Source of the DNA: a virus
Taxonomy: Duplodnaviria > Caudoviricetes
Virus record (IMG/VR): IMGVR_UViG_3300049144_000050
Coordinates: 1 to 41,371 of that record
DNA: 41,371 bases
Reading direction: 5' to 3' (one strand)
The translations under genes and the position numbers were made by a program. The notes under the pieces are model-generated. The model worked only from the letters and a program-made list of their open reading frames with translations, did no database searches and was not told the origin of the DNA. This document shows positions 26,928-34,254 of this stretch, piece after piece; within the stretch, counting starts at the first letter, position 1; each line of letters opens with the position of its first letter.

Positions 26928-27914
26928 ATGGCCACACCGATGACGCCGGACCAGTGGCTTACGGCCCTGCGCACCGAGGGCGTCACCGTCGAGGAGTACC
27001 CGGGCTGGCGCACCCGCGGGCGGGACGCCGCGACCGGCCTCGCATTCGGTCCGGTCCGAATGTTCCTGAACCACCACACCGCTGGCCGCAACAGTCGGGA
27101 CATCGTCGCGAAGAACGGCGTGCCGGGACTGCCGGGACCACTCGCGCACGTGTACCTCGCCAAGTCCGGTGTGGCCACGATGTGCAGCGCGGGCAGAGCC
27201 AACCATGCCGGGCCGATGGCAATCAACGCCTACCAGTCATTCCGGGACGAGAAGGCCACGCATCCCGCCCCGTCAAAAGCCTCGGGAACGGTCGACGGCA
27301 ACGACCTCTCCTACGGCATCGAGACGGAGAACCTCGGCGACAACGAGGACGTGTACCCGCGCAAGCAGTACGACGCGTGGGTGCGGATCAACGCAGCTGT
27401 GTGCCGACACCACGGGTGGGGCGCCGAGTCGGTCGGCTGCCACAAGGAGACCTCGGTCGAAGGCAAGGTCGACCCGCGCGGCCCGGTCGAAGGCTACGGC
27501 TCCCGGGGTCGGTTCACGTTCACGCCGCAGCAGTTCAGGGCCGACGTCGCCGAACGGCTCGCCCATGAGCCGGGCTGGAGCCCTGGAGACGAGGAGGAGG
27601 ACCCCATGGCGGGCATCACGAAGCAGGACATCTTCGATGCGGTGTGGAAGACCGACGCGATCGGCGCGCCGTCCGACGCCGCGGATGTGAAGACGAACCC
27701 GAGCTGGGCGGCGCAGTCCATCCTGCGCGACATCCATGCCCGCGTCCGCGCGAACGCCGCTGTGGAGGCGGCGCAGACCGCAGCGATTGCCAAGCTCGCC
27801 CAGCTCGTCGGCTCCGACGTCGACACCGCGCAGGTCGTCACCGCCGTACAGCAGGCCATCAAGGACGCGGTCATCAAGGTCAGCGTCGACGTCACCAGCA
27901 GCAAGGAGTCCTGA
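26928..27914 (+). CDS. Endolysin, N-acetylmuramoyl-L-alanine amidase (Amidase_2)
   Basis: GGAGG RBS; NHHT, ANHAG, YGIETEN, GCHKE..KVDP zinc-amidase motifs. Confidence 0.92.
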   Translation: MATPMTPDQWLTALRTEGVTVEEYPGWRTRGRDAATGLAFGPVRMFLNHHTAGRNSRDIVAKNGVPGLPGPLAHVYLAKSGVATMCSAGRANHAGPMAINAYQSFRDEKATHPAPSKASGTVDGNDLSYGIETENLGDNEDVYPRKQYDAWVRINAAVCRHHGWGAESVGCHKETSVEGKVDPRGPVEGYGSRGRFTFTPQQFRADVAERLAHEPGWSPGDEEEDPMAGITKQDIFDAVWKTDAIGAPSDAADVKTNPSWAAQSILRDIHARVRANAAVEAAQTAAIAKLAQLVGSDVDTAQVVTAVQQAIKDAVIKVSVDVTSSKES

Positions 27915-27916
27915 CC

Positions 27917-28300
27917 ATGAAGATCTTCGGCAGAGAGCCCGTCTACATCCTGGCGGCGATCGCAATCGCCCTGAAACTGGCCGCCGCCTACGGCCTCAAC
28001 GTCAGCGGCGACCAGCAGGCCCTCATCAACACGGTGCTCTCCTGCATCGTCGCCGTCGCCTCCGCGGTCGTCCTGCGCAACGGCGCGCTCGGTGCGGCCA
28101 TCCTGCAGCTCGCCTCCGCCGGCCTGGCGCTGTTCGTCGGCTTCGGCCTCGACCTGTCCGCAGAGCAGCAGGCCGGATGGATGTCCCTCGTCGCCGCGGT
28201 CCTCGCCCTCTTCGAGCACCGCGAGGTCACTGCCCCCGTACCGGTGGTGCCCCTCGAGCAGTCCAGCCCGGTCGAAGCATCCCCCGTTCAGGGGGTGTGA
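27917..28300 (+). CDS. Holin
   Basis: MKIFGREP, multiple TM helices with internal repeat (LNVSGDQQA / LDLSAEQQA); follows the endolysin. Confidence 0.85.
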   Translation: MKIFGREPVYILAAIAIALKLAAAYGLNVSGDQQALINTVLSCIVAVASAVVLRNGALGAAILQLASAGLALFVGFGLDLSAEQQAGWMSLVAAVLALFEHREVTAPVPVVPLEQSSPVEASPVQGV

Positions 28301-28750
28301 GTGCATCGCCGGGCGGCCCGCTGGTTCAGCGGGCACCTCGGTAGCCGCGGCCCGTTCCTCGTCTTCATGGGCATCGGAAAGATTTGCCTCGGCTTCAGCT
28401 TCATCTTCGACCCGCCATGGACGACCGATGGGCTGCAAATGCTGGCCCGCTTCGCCCCCATCCACTGCTGGGCCTGGGTGTGGATCGTCTGCGGCGCCGC
28501 CACATTCAGCAGCGCCTGGATGGAGTTCGCCAGGGACCGCTGGGGCTTCGTCGCCGCCAGCATCCCACCCGCAATCTGGGCGTTCACCTACGGATGGGCC
28601 GGAATCCTCGGCGACTACTCCCGCGGCCTGTGGCTGTTCGTCTGGTACATCACATCGCACTGTGGGGTGATCTGGTGCGCATCTCGTGTTCCACCTAGCG
28701 CCGGATCGCCCGATCTTCCCGGCCGGGCGGTTGAGGGGAGACCCGGGTGA
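28301..28750 (+). CDS. Multi-TM membrane protein of the lysis cassette
   Basis: About 4 Trp-rich TM helices. Confidence 0.75.
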   Translation: MHRRAARWFSGHLGSRGPFLVFMGIGKICLGFSFIFDPPWTTDGLQMLARFAPIHCWAWVWIVCGAATFSSAWMEFARDRWGFVAASIPPAIWAFTYGWAGILGDYSRGLWLFVWYITSHCGVIWCASRVPPSAGSPDLPGRAVEGRPG

Positions 28751-29076
28751 ACGGTGTCTTGGGGCTGGTTGGGGCGGGCGTCACCGTCATCGGCGTGATC
28801 GTCACGGGCTACTTCACGTACCGGGGCAGCCGAACAGCGGCGGCGATCCAGACGGCACCCCAGGCGAAAGCGCAGGACTTCGCCGTGCTTCAAGCGACGG
28901 TGGAGCGAGTCGACAAGGAGAACGGAGAGCTGAGGCTGCGGCAGTCCCGCACCGAGGCGATCCTGCGCGCGTTCTCGTGGAGCGCCGACCGGTGGTGCCG
29001 ACAGATGATCCGGGCCGGCATCGAGCCAGAGCCTGCGCATCCTCTGGTGGACGAGTACAACCGAACTGGAGTGTGA
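28747..29076 (+). CDS. TM plus coiled-coil lysis-cassette protein
   Basis: N-terminal TM, then heptad region (LQATVERVDKENGELR), IRAGIEPEP end. Confidence 0.75.
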   Translation: MNGVLGLVGAGVTVIGVIVTGYFTYRGSRTAAAIQTAPQAKAQDFAVLQATVERVDKENGELRLRQSRTEAILRAFSWSADRWCRQMIRAGIEPEPAHPLVDEYNRTGV

Positions 29077-29079
29077 CCG

Positions 29080-29238
29080 ATGCCTGATCCGATCCCTCTC
29101 CGACCGCGGCGGGATGATGTGGCGGCCGATGCGGGAACCCTGGTACGCCTCGGAGGGGAGGACCCGCCGCCCGTACCGGCGCCGTCCATCCGGCCGTTCC
29201 AGGAACCCGACTGGCCGCCCGACGACGAACCCGCGTGA
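29080..29238 (+). CDS. Small Pro/acidic protein (52 aa)
   Basis: GGAG RBS; MPDPIPLRPRRDD...WPPDDEPA; ends just before the terminator. Confidence 0.5.
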   Translation: MPDPIPLRPRRDDVAADAGTLVRLGGEDPPPVPAPSIRPFQEPDWPPDDEPA

Positions 29239-29241
29239 CAA

Positions 29242-29285
29242 CGCCCCCGCTTCCTCGCCGCATCAGCGGTGGGGGAGCGGGGGCG
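29242..29285. terminator. Bidirectional terminator between convergent blocks
   Basis: About 20-bp stem CGCCCCCGCTTCCTCGCCGC-atca-GCGGTGGGGGAGCGGGGGCG. Confidence 0.75.
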
Positions 29286-29302
29286 GTTCGTCGTGCGTGC
29301 GG

Positions 29303-29620
29303 TCAGGTCGCCTTGTTCGTGTGGTACTTGCGCTTGTGGTTGGCGACGCTGGCGGGCGCTCCGCGGTAGCCGGGCGTGGTGGAGCACTCCGTGCACTCCT
29401 CCCAGTCCGTCTTCTCGACGGCGTCACCGGTGACGGAGTGCTGGGGCCCGTAGCCGTGGGCGTGGAGGAAGTGCGGCACGCTGCCCTCGTACTTGAGGGC
29501 GATGAGCGCGGACTCCGCGATCTTGTCGTGGCCTTGGGCGAAGAACTTCCCGAGGCCGACCTCCCTTCCGCAGCCGCACCAGCAGTTGCCGGTCGGGAGG
29601 AGGCGAGGTTTGCTGCTCAC
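29303..29620 (-). CDS. Zinc-binding hypothetical protein (105 aa)
   Basis: CWCGCG...FAQGHD and CTEC...H..KYH motifs; GGAGG RBS; GTGA overlap with the upstream gene. Confidence 0.8.
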   Translation of the reverse strand: MSSKPRLLPTGNCWCGCGREVGLGKFFAQGHDKIAESALIALKYEGSVPHFLHAHGYGPQHSVTGDAVEKTDWEECTECSTTPGYRGAPASVANHKRKYHTNKAT

Positions 29621-29901
29621 TTGCCCTCCAGCAACGCGCCGATCGCGGCAATGACGTGAGAGACGGCGTGTTGATACGCCTCGTCTTCTGGATTGTCGAT
29701 CTCTTCGGATAGGTACTGGTCTCGCGCCGCCTCGATCGCCTCGTTGAGGACGTCCCGACGGTACTGGGGAAGGAGATGCTCGGTCAGGCATCCGGCGATC
29801 GCCTCCTGCCGTTTGGGGGACAGGTGGAAGAAGCCGCCCTGGAGAGGTTCGAGGGCGTCGATGATGCGCCCCTGTTGAACGGCAGGATCGGTGGTCGTCA
29901 T
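29617..29901 (-). CDS. Hypothetical helical protein (94 aa), probably leaderless
   Basis: ATG 6 nt after a TACCTT -10 element. Confidence 0.7.
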   Translation of the reverse strand: MTTTDPAVQQGRIIDALEPLQGGFFHLSPKRQEAIAGCLTEHLLPQYRRDVLNEAIEAARDQYLSEEIDNPEDEAYQHAVSHVIAAIGALLEGK

Positions 29902-29907
29902 GAACTC

Positions 29908-29935
29908 AAGGTAGCAAGTCAAGACTTGCAGTCAA
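29908..29935 (-). promoter_or_regulatory. Promoter with palindromic operator filling the spacer
   Basis: TTGACT-N16-TACCTT; spacer is GCAAGTC-TT-GACTTGC (29914-29929). Confidence 0.65.
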
Positions 29936-29995
29936 GAGTGAATGGCATGAAGCTTGCGCAAGCTGCCACCGGACGCCGCGAGTTGACCGTGGGCC

Positions 29996-30023
29996 ACCCT
30001 CGATAACATGCCATATCGCGGGC
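29996..30023. other. Candidate dif/lox-like tyrosine recombinase site (11-6-11)
   Basis: ACCCTCGATAA-CATGCC-ATATCGCGGGC; arms are inverted (8/11) with ATAA next to a 6-bp spacer. Confidence 0.5.
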
Positions 30024-30024
30024 G

Positions 30025-30243
30025 TTATTTGGGGTGATTGTCCGACTCTTGCGAGGGGCGCGACTCGCCATCGAGAGCGCCCCGTTCACGCCTCCGCCGG
30101 TTCACGTAGCGGTGCAGGTCACTCACGATGACGTCGGTCAGCGTCCGCCCCTCCTTCTGTGCCTCCGTCATGGCGGCGCTCCATAGATCGTCCGGCACGC
30201 GGACGTTCCTCAACTTCGTTTTCCCGGTTGCTGGCCTGGCCAT
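30025..30243 (-). CDS. Ribbon-helix-helix DNA-binding protein
   Basis: GGGGAGAG RBS; MARPATGKTKLRNVRVPDDLW...EGRTLTDVI..L..Y. Confidence 0.85.
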   Translation of the reverse strand: MARPATGKTKLRNVRVPDDLWSAAMTEAQKEGRTLTDVIVSDLHRYVNRRRRERGALDGESRPSQESDNHPK

Positions 30244-30257
30244 CTCTCCCCCTCGGG

Positions 30258-30335
30258 TCTGTAGGTACATAAACTACCATCCATCTGCCCGGACCGCTTG
30301 ACAAGGGTTCGCGTCGGGTGCATTCTGTAGGTACA
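30258..30335. promoter_or_regulatory. Divergent promoter region with two operator copies
   Basis: TCTGTAGGTACA at 30258 and 30324 (TGTA-GG-TACA dyad); TTGACA(30298)-N17-CATTCT(30321). Confidence 0.7.
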
Positions 30336-30358
30336 GAAACAACCGACAGGCAGGGGAG

Positions 30359-30769
30359 ATGGACATGGAAGCTCGCATCGGTCACGTGACGGACGCCCGG
30401 GACACCCGTCCGGCATGGGGAATCACCTACCGCCGGTACGTGGACGTCCGGAGCAGCCACGTGCGAGTGCAGGCAGATGACCTCAACGCTGCCCTGGCCG
30501 CCCTGGCCGAATACATCGGCAACAACCAGTACGCCGTGACGGCGATCTACGCAGAGGCTGGCGAGTCCACGGGAACCAGCGTCGAGGCCCAGCCCGAACC
30601 GCTGGACGCCGCGACCAGCGCCCTCTATGCGGCGGCGCTTCGAGCTGAGCAGACCGCGAAGGACGCCCAGGACCTCGCCGAGTCGCTGACGGCTGCAGCG
30701 AAAGAAGCCCGCGCCGCCTACGAGAGCGCATCCATGTGTGCTGACGCACTCCGCTCCCGGGCCGCCTGA
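30359..30769 (+). CDS. Hypothetical protein with C-terminal coiled coil
   Basis: GGGGAG RBS; own promoter and terminator. Confidence 0.7.
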   Translation: MDMEARIGHVTDARDTRPAWGITYRRYVDVRSSHVRVQADDLNAALAALAEYIGNNQYAVTAIYAEAGESTGTSVEAQPEPLDAATSALYAAALRAEQTAKDAQDLAESLTAAAKEARAAYESASMCADALRSRAA

Positions 30770-30792
30770 TCGTTGGAGTGAGCTGGATAAGT

Positions 30793-30829
30793 GCGATGCC
30801 CCGGCTGAAGGAAGCAGCCGGGGCATCGC
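30793..30829 (+). terminator. Perfect 15-bp stem-loop
   Basis: GCGATGCCCCGGCTG-aaggaag-CAGCCGGGGCATCGC. Confidence 0.7.
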
Positions 30830-30855
30830 CCGTACCGTACCTGATCGGAGAGACC

Positions 30856-31872
30856 GTGACCGACCTCGCCCCGCGCCAGCCGGACGCCGCCCCTGCCGTC
30901 TACGACGCGGCGACGCTCGCCGTCCTGCACGCCATGGAAGAGGCAGCCGAGAAGCACCTCGACGCCATCCGCCCCCACAACACCAAACGCAGCTACGCCA
31001 ACGACTGGGCGCTCTGGGAGGAGTTCCACGGCTGGCTCGCCGAACAAACGGGCCAGCCGCTGCCGTTGGCCGCCGTCACCAAGGGCACGCTCGTCGGCTT
31101 CGTCGTCTGGCTCGACACCATCAAGGCGGCCGCGCCCAACTCGATCGACCGTCGCATCACCGGCGTCACCGTCACCTTGCGCGGCCGCGGAGTCGAAATC
31201 CCGAAGGCGGTGACGGTCGCCGCCCGACAGGCCCTCAAGCCGCTGAAGAACGATCCCGAACGCCAGGCGCGCGGCCGCGGACCGGCGGCCGCCGCCACAC
31301 CCGACCAACTCCGCAAGATGAGCGCGGCCGCGGCCGCCGGACTCGCCGGGCTCCGCGACCGTGCGCTCTGGCTCATGGCCTTCGGGATCGCCGGACGATC
31401 CGCCGAAGTCGCCGCCCTCCGCGCCGACGGCATCACCCTCGTCAGCCAGGGGCTCGACGTCCACGTTCCTGCTGTGAAGGGGCGGCCGCCCCGGGACGTC
31501 GTCGTCGCCTACGGCAAGGACCCCGACACCTGCCCAGTCCGCGCCTGGTCGACCTGGCGCGCGGCCGCCGGAATCACGACCGGCCCCGCCTTCCTGCCCA
31601 TCGACGTCTGGGGCAACATCGGCGGCCGCGCGCTGTCCCCGGAAGCCGTCCGCGAGATCATCGCCCGCAACGCCGAACGCGCCGGACTCTCCGTCCGGTT
31701 GACCGGGCACTCGATGCGGGCCGGGTTCATCACCACCTCTCGACGGGCAGGCAAGCGAGAAGAGAAGATCCGGGAGCAGTCCGGCCACGCCGAGAACAGC
31801 CCCGCCTTCTGGGGCTACATCCGCGAAGCCGACAAATGGACCGACGCGGCATCGGAGGACATCGGCCTATGA
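30856..31872 (+). CDS. Cre-like tyrosine recombinase (second recombinase)
   Basis: NTKRSYANDW core-binding domain, LRDRAL, GRSAEV (R), VKG (K), GHSMRAG (HxxR), SGH, GYIR (Y); no arm-binding domain. Confidence 0.9.
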   Translation: MTDLAPRQPDAAPAVYDAATLAVLHAMEEAAEKHLDAIRPHNTKRSYANDWALWEEFHGWLAEQTGQPLPLAAVTKGTLVGFVVWLDTIKAAAPNSIDRRITGVTVTLRGRGVEIPKAVTVAARQALKPLKNDPERQARGRGPAAAATPDQLRKMSAAAAAGLAGLRDRALWLMAFGIAGRSAEVAALRADGITLVSQGLDVHVPAVKGRPPRDVVVAYGKDPDTCPVRAWSTWRAAAGITTGPAFLPIDVWGNIGGRALSPEAVREIIARNAERAGLSVRLTGHSMRAGFITTSRRAGKREEKIREQSGHAENSPAFWGYIREADKWTDAASEDIGL

Positions 31873-32198
31873 CCCTGGAGATCCGCGACACCGGCGACCC
31901 CGGTCACCTCAAGCTGTACGACGGCGAGGACTGGATCGGCGAGATCAAGAACGTGCCCCTCGACGAGGAGGGCATCGCGCTCGGCGAACCGCCCGACTGG
32001 AACGTCGAGCTGTGGAGCGTGATGGGCACCGGCAAGACCTGGCGGGCGGACGGAGAGTCGTTCGACGAGATCAAGCGATACGCACAGGAGCTATACGAGG
32101 AGTTTGCCGCCGAGCGGCGGGAGCTCAGCAAGGGGGCACGCACCTGGACGACCGGCAGCGTTCCGATGGGCGGAAAGCCTGGGTGGCGCCGCCGCTAG
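31869..32198 (+). CDS. Hypothetical protein (109 aa)
   Basis: GGAGG RBS; ATGA overlap with recombinase stop. Confidence 0.75.
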   Translation: MTLEIRDTGDPGHLKLYDGEDWIGEIKNVPLDEEGIALGEPPDWNVELWSVMGTGKTWRADGESFDEIKRYAQELYEEFAAERRELSKGARTWTTGSVPMGGKPGWRRR

Positions 32199-32224
32199 AC
32201 GCCGCTCGTGCCACACTGGCCGCA

Positions 32225-32256
32225 GGCCCGCCTCGCATCCCCCGTCGAGGCGGGCC
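32225..32256 (+). terminator. Stem-loop terminator
   Basis: GGCCCGCCTCG-N10-CGAGGCGGGCC. Confidence 0.6.
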
Positions 32257-32324
32257 GGGCGCTTCTCTGGCGCTGTGTTGACGACCTGGCCGGAGGAGCC
32301 ATAGCCGTCTGCCATCCTGGCGTC

Positions 32325-32450
32325 ATGAGCGACGAGACGGAGACGATCCAGCAGCAGGACGACGAGTTCGACGACGTCTACGGCGAGGCCCCACCCGCCG
32401 ACGAGCACCACCTGTCGATGCGCCACGGCGTTGTCAGTGGCGGCTCGTAG
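32325..32450 (+). CDS. Small acidic peptide (41 aa), possibly leaderless
   Basis: CATCCT -10-like element 6 nt before ATG; MSDETETIQQQDDEFDDVY... Confidence 0.4.
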   Translation: MSDETETIQQQDDEFDDVYGEAPPADEHHLSMRHGVVSGGS

Positions 32451-32453
32451 GAT
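32432..32453 (+). promoter_or_regulatory. RecA-NDp/PafBC-type DNA-damage promoter motif
   Basis: tTGTCAG-N10-TAGGAT upstream of DUF6221-like copy 2. Confidence 0.65.
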
Positions 32454-32554
32454 TACCTCATCGTTGTCCGTGCGTGCAGCGCGTGGGCAGCTACTCGGAT
32501 GACGCCTCGCCCGGGACAGCGACCGGGCGGGGCGTCGCGATATCTGGAGGGGCC

Positions 32555-32944
32555 GTGGAGGATCTCGTGCAGTGGCTGACGGCCCAGCTCGACGAGGACG
32601 AGCGGATCGCGCGGGCCGCGACGCTTGGGCCATGGGTACAGAGCGGCATCGGCGACTACGGATGGACCGTCACTTTCGGGCGTCCGGGCGCGGGAGTCGA
32701 AACTGCGGACACTGAACAGGGCCTCGCCGACGCTGACTTCATCGCCGCGCACAATCCGGCGCGGGTGCTGCGGGAGATCGACGCGAAGCGGCAGCTGCTC
32801 GACAAGTACGCCGAAGTCGCAGCCAACGACGTGAACGAGGTCGAGTACGCGCACGGATGGGCCAATGCGCTCGGAGAAGCGGTGCGCCTGCTCGCGCTGC
32901 CCTACGCGGACCGGCCCGGGTTCCGTGAGGAGTGGCGCCCGTAA
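32555..32944 (+). CDS. DUF6221-like protein, copy 2
   Basis: GGAGG RBS; DLVQWLTAQLDEDERIARAA...FIAAHNPARVLREIDAKR...LALPYADRPGFREEWRP. Confidence 0.85.
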   Translation: MEDLVQWLTAQLDEDERIARAATLGPWVQSGIGDYGWTVTFGRPGAGVETADTEQGLADADFIAAHNPARVLREIDAKRQLLDKYAEVAANDVNEVEYAHGWANALGEAVRLLALPYADRPGFREEWRP

Positions 32945-33148
32945 CTAGGCTGCGGGCGCCCCGTGCCGCACGGCCCGCTTGAGCCCCATCTCCGCCTTGT
33001 GCCGGTCGATGCCCGCCTCGGCCGCGAACGCGGTGAGCCGCTCCTGCACGGCCTGGGCTGTCTCGACAGTGAGTCGCCCGGCCTGGATCTCCTCCCAGGC
33101 GGTCGTCTCCAGCGCGATCAGATCCTCGGGGAAGTCGATGGTGGCCAC
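32945..33148 (-). CDS. Hypothetical protein (67 aa)
   Basis: IDFPEDLIALE...AEMGLKRAVRH; helical small protein co-oriented with its neighbour. Confidence 0.7.
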   Translation of the reverse strand: MATIDFPEDLIALETTAWEEIQAGRLTVETAQAVQERLTAFAAEAGIDRHKAEMGLKRAVRHGAPAA

Positions 33149-33157
33149 CGCAGGATC

Positions 33158-33352
33158 TTAAGCCGCTTCGACGATGCTCTCGCGCAGGCGTTCGGCCGCG
33201 TCGGCGACCATCCACTCCGCGACCAGCTGCTCGTACCGCTCCCGCGACGGCCCGTACAGCCAGCCGCCGCACGCCAGGACGAGCGCCCGGATCTCCTCAT
33301 TCACGGCCGCAGCAGACCGCGCGGGACCCGAGGCCGGGGGAGTGGTGGGCAT
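33158..33352 (-). CDS. Hypothetical protein (64 aa), leaderless
   Basis: RSAAAVNEEIRAL...RERYEQLVAEW; ATG 6 nt after TAGAAT. Confidence 0.75.
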   Translation of the reverse strand: MPTTPPASGPARSAAAVNEEIRALVLACGGWLYGPSRERYEQLVAEWMVADAAERLRESIVEAA

Positions 33353-33358
33353 GCCGTG

Positions 33359-33380
33359 ATTCTAGGCGGCGGGTCGGACA
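33359..33380 (-). promoter_or_regulatory. RecA-NDp/PafBC-type promoter motif
   Basis: TGTCCG-N10-TAGAAT, then 6 nt to ATG33352. Confidence 0.6.
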
Positions 33381-33385
33381 GTGGG

Positions 33386-33631
33386 CTATGAACTGGGCGG
33401 CTGTGGCAGCTCGGTGACGAACGTCCCGATGCCGACCTGCATCTCTGCGAGTCCCGCTTTCCGCAGCTCGGTCAGGACGCGCTTCGCGGTCACCGGGCTG
33501 ATCCCGAACTCCTCACAGATCGCCATCCCTGACGGGAGCCTGCCCCCGGGCGGATAGGTGCCATCGACGATCCGCTCCGACATCACGGCGTACACCTGCC
33601 GCCACCTCGGCACCTCCGGCTCCCACTTCAT
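33386..33631 (-). CDS. GntR-family wHTH-only regulator (81 aa)
   Basis: PRWRQV...IVDGTYPPGGRLPS...EEFGISPVTAKRVL..L...G....GIGTFV; TAGCGT -10 seven nt upstream. Confidence 0.9.
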   Translation of the reverse strand: MKWEPEVPRWRQVYAVMSERIVDGTYPPGGRLPSGMAICEEFGISPVTAKRVLTELRKAGLAEMQVGIGTFVTELPQPPSS

Positions 33632-33787
33632 GATCCGGACGCTAGGCGGGCCTACCCCGACAGGCGAGACCAGTCGACCTAGTCGGCCTATACCGCCTAT
33701 CCCACAGGGGTAGCCTGCAATTGCACGATGGACCCCCGCGACCGCCGTCAACGGCCCGGGGGCATGGCCGACGAACGGAGCGTCGAC

Positions 33788-34021
33788 GTGGACGAGCGTA
33801 GAGATCCCGCACCCGGCGACGGAACCACCCGGCCGGCCTTAGCTGCCGAAGCGAGCCGCCTCAGCCCCGTACAGCAGGCGCGGCGCCTCTACGTCGCCCA
33901 CGCCACCAGCTGCCCGCGGTGCAGCGACATCGACCGGAACCGCTGCGGCGACGGCGAGCGGCTGTGGCGGGGATGGACCGCGGCCTGTGATGAGGCGTAC
34001 CGGCGGCTATTGGACAGCTAA
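33788..34021 (+). CDS. Small zinc-binding protein divergent from GntR
   Basis: GGAG RBS; H...CPRC.......C..G.RL motif; start uncertain (33764 possible). Confidence 0.65.
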   Translation: MDERRDPAPGDGTTRPALAAEASRLSPVQQARRLYVAHATSCPRCSDIDRNRCGDGERLWRGWTAACDEAYRRLLDS

Positions 34022-34254
34022 TCGGGGTGACCGGTCGGTTTAGATCAGGCCACCCCGTTGCGCGCCTGCAGCCGCTCCCGGCCGGTGACCTGGGGCAATG
34101 CAGAAACGTTTAGCCAACGCTTCCACCTGCAGTAACGGAAACATACGGGGCATGAACAGAAGGTTGCGAAAATGCAGGTGGAAACCTTCACTCCGGGCCG
34201 AAACTGAGCTTTACTCGTGACCCGGGCGCCCCCCAACGCCCGGCCTGAAAGCGC

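Noticed and set aside
30738-32198. 486-aa ORF overlapping the Cre-like recombinase
   Set aside because: Only the last 109 codons (from ATG31869, with RBS) look protein-like; the rest is an Arg/Pro-rich off-frame read.
7909-32944. DUF6221-like pair as a diversity-generating retroelement TR/VR
   Set aside because: No reverse transcriptase in the window, and the differences are block replacements rather than adenine-specific substitutions.
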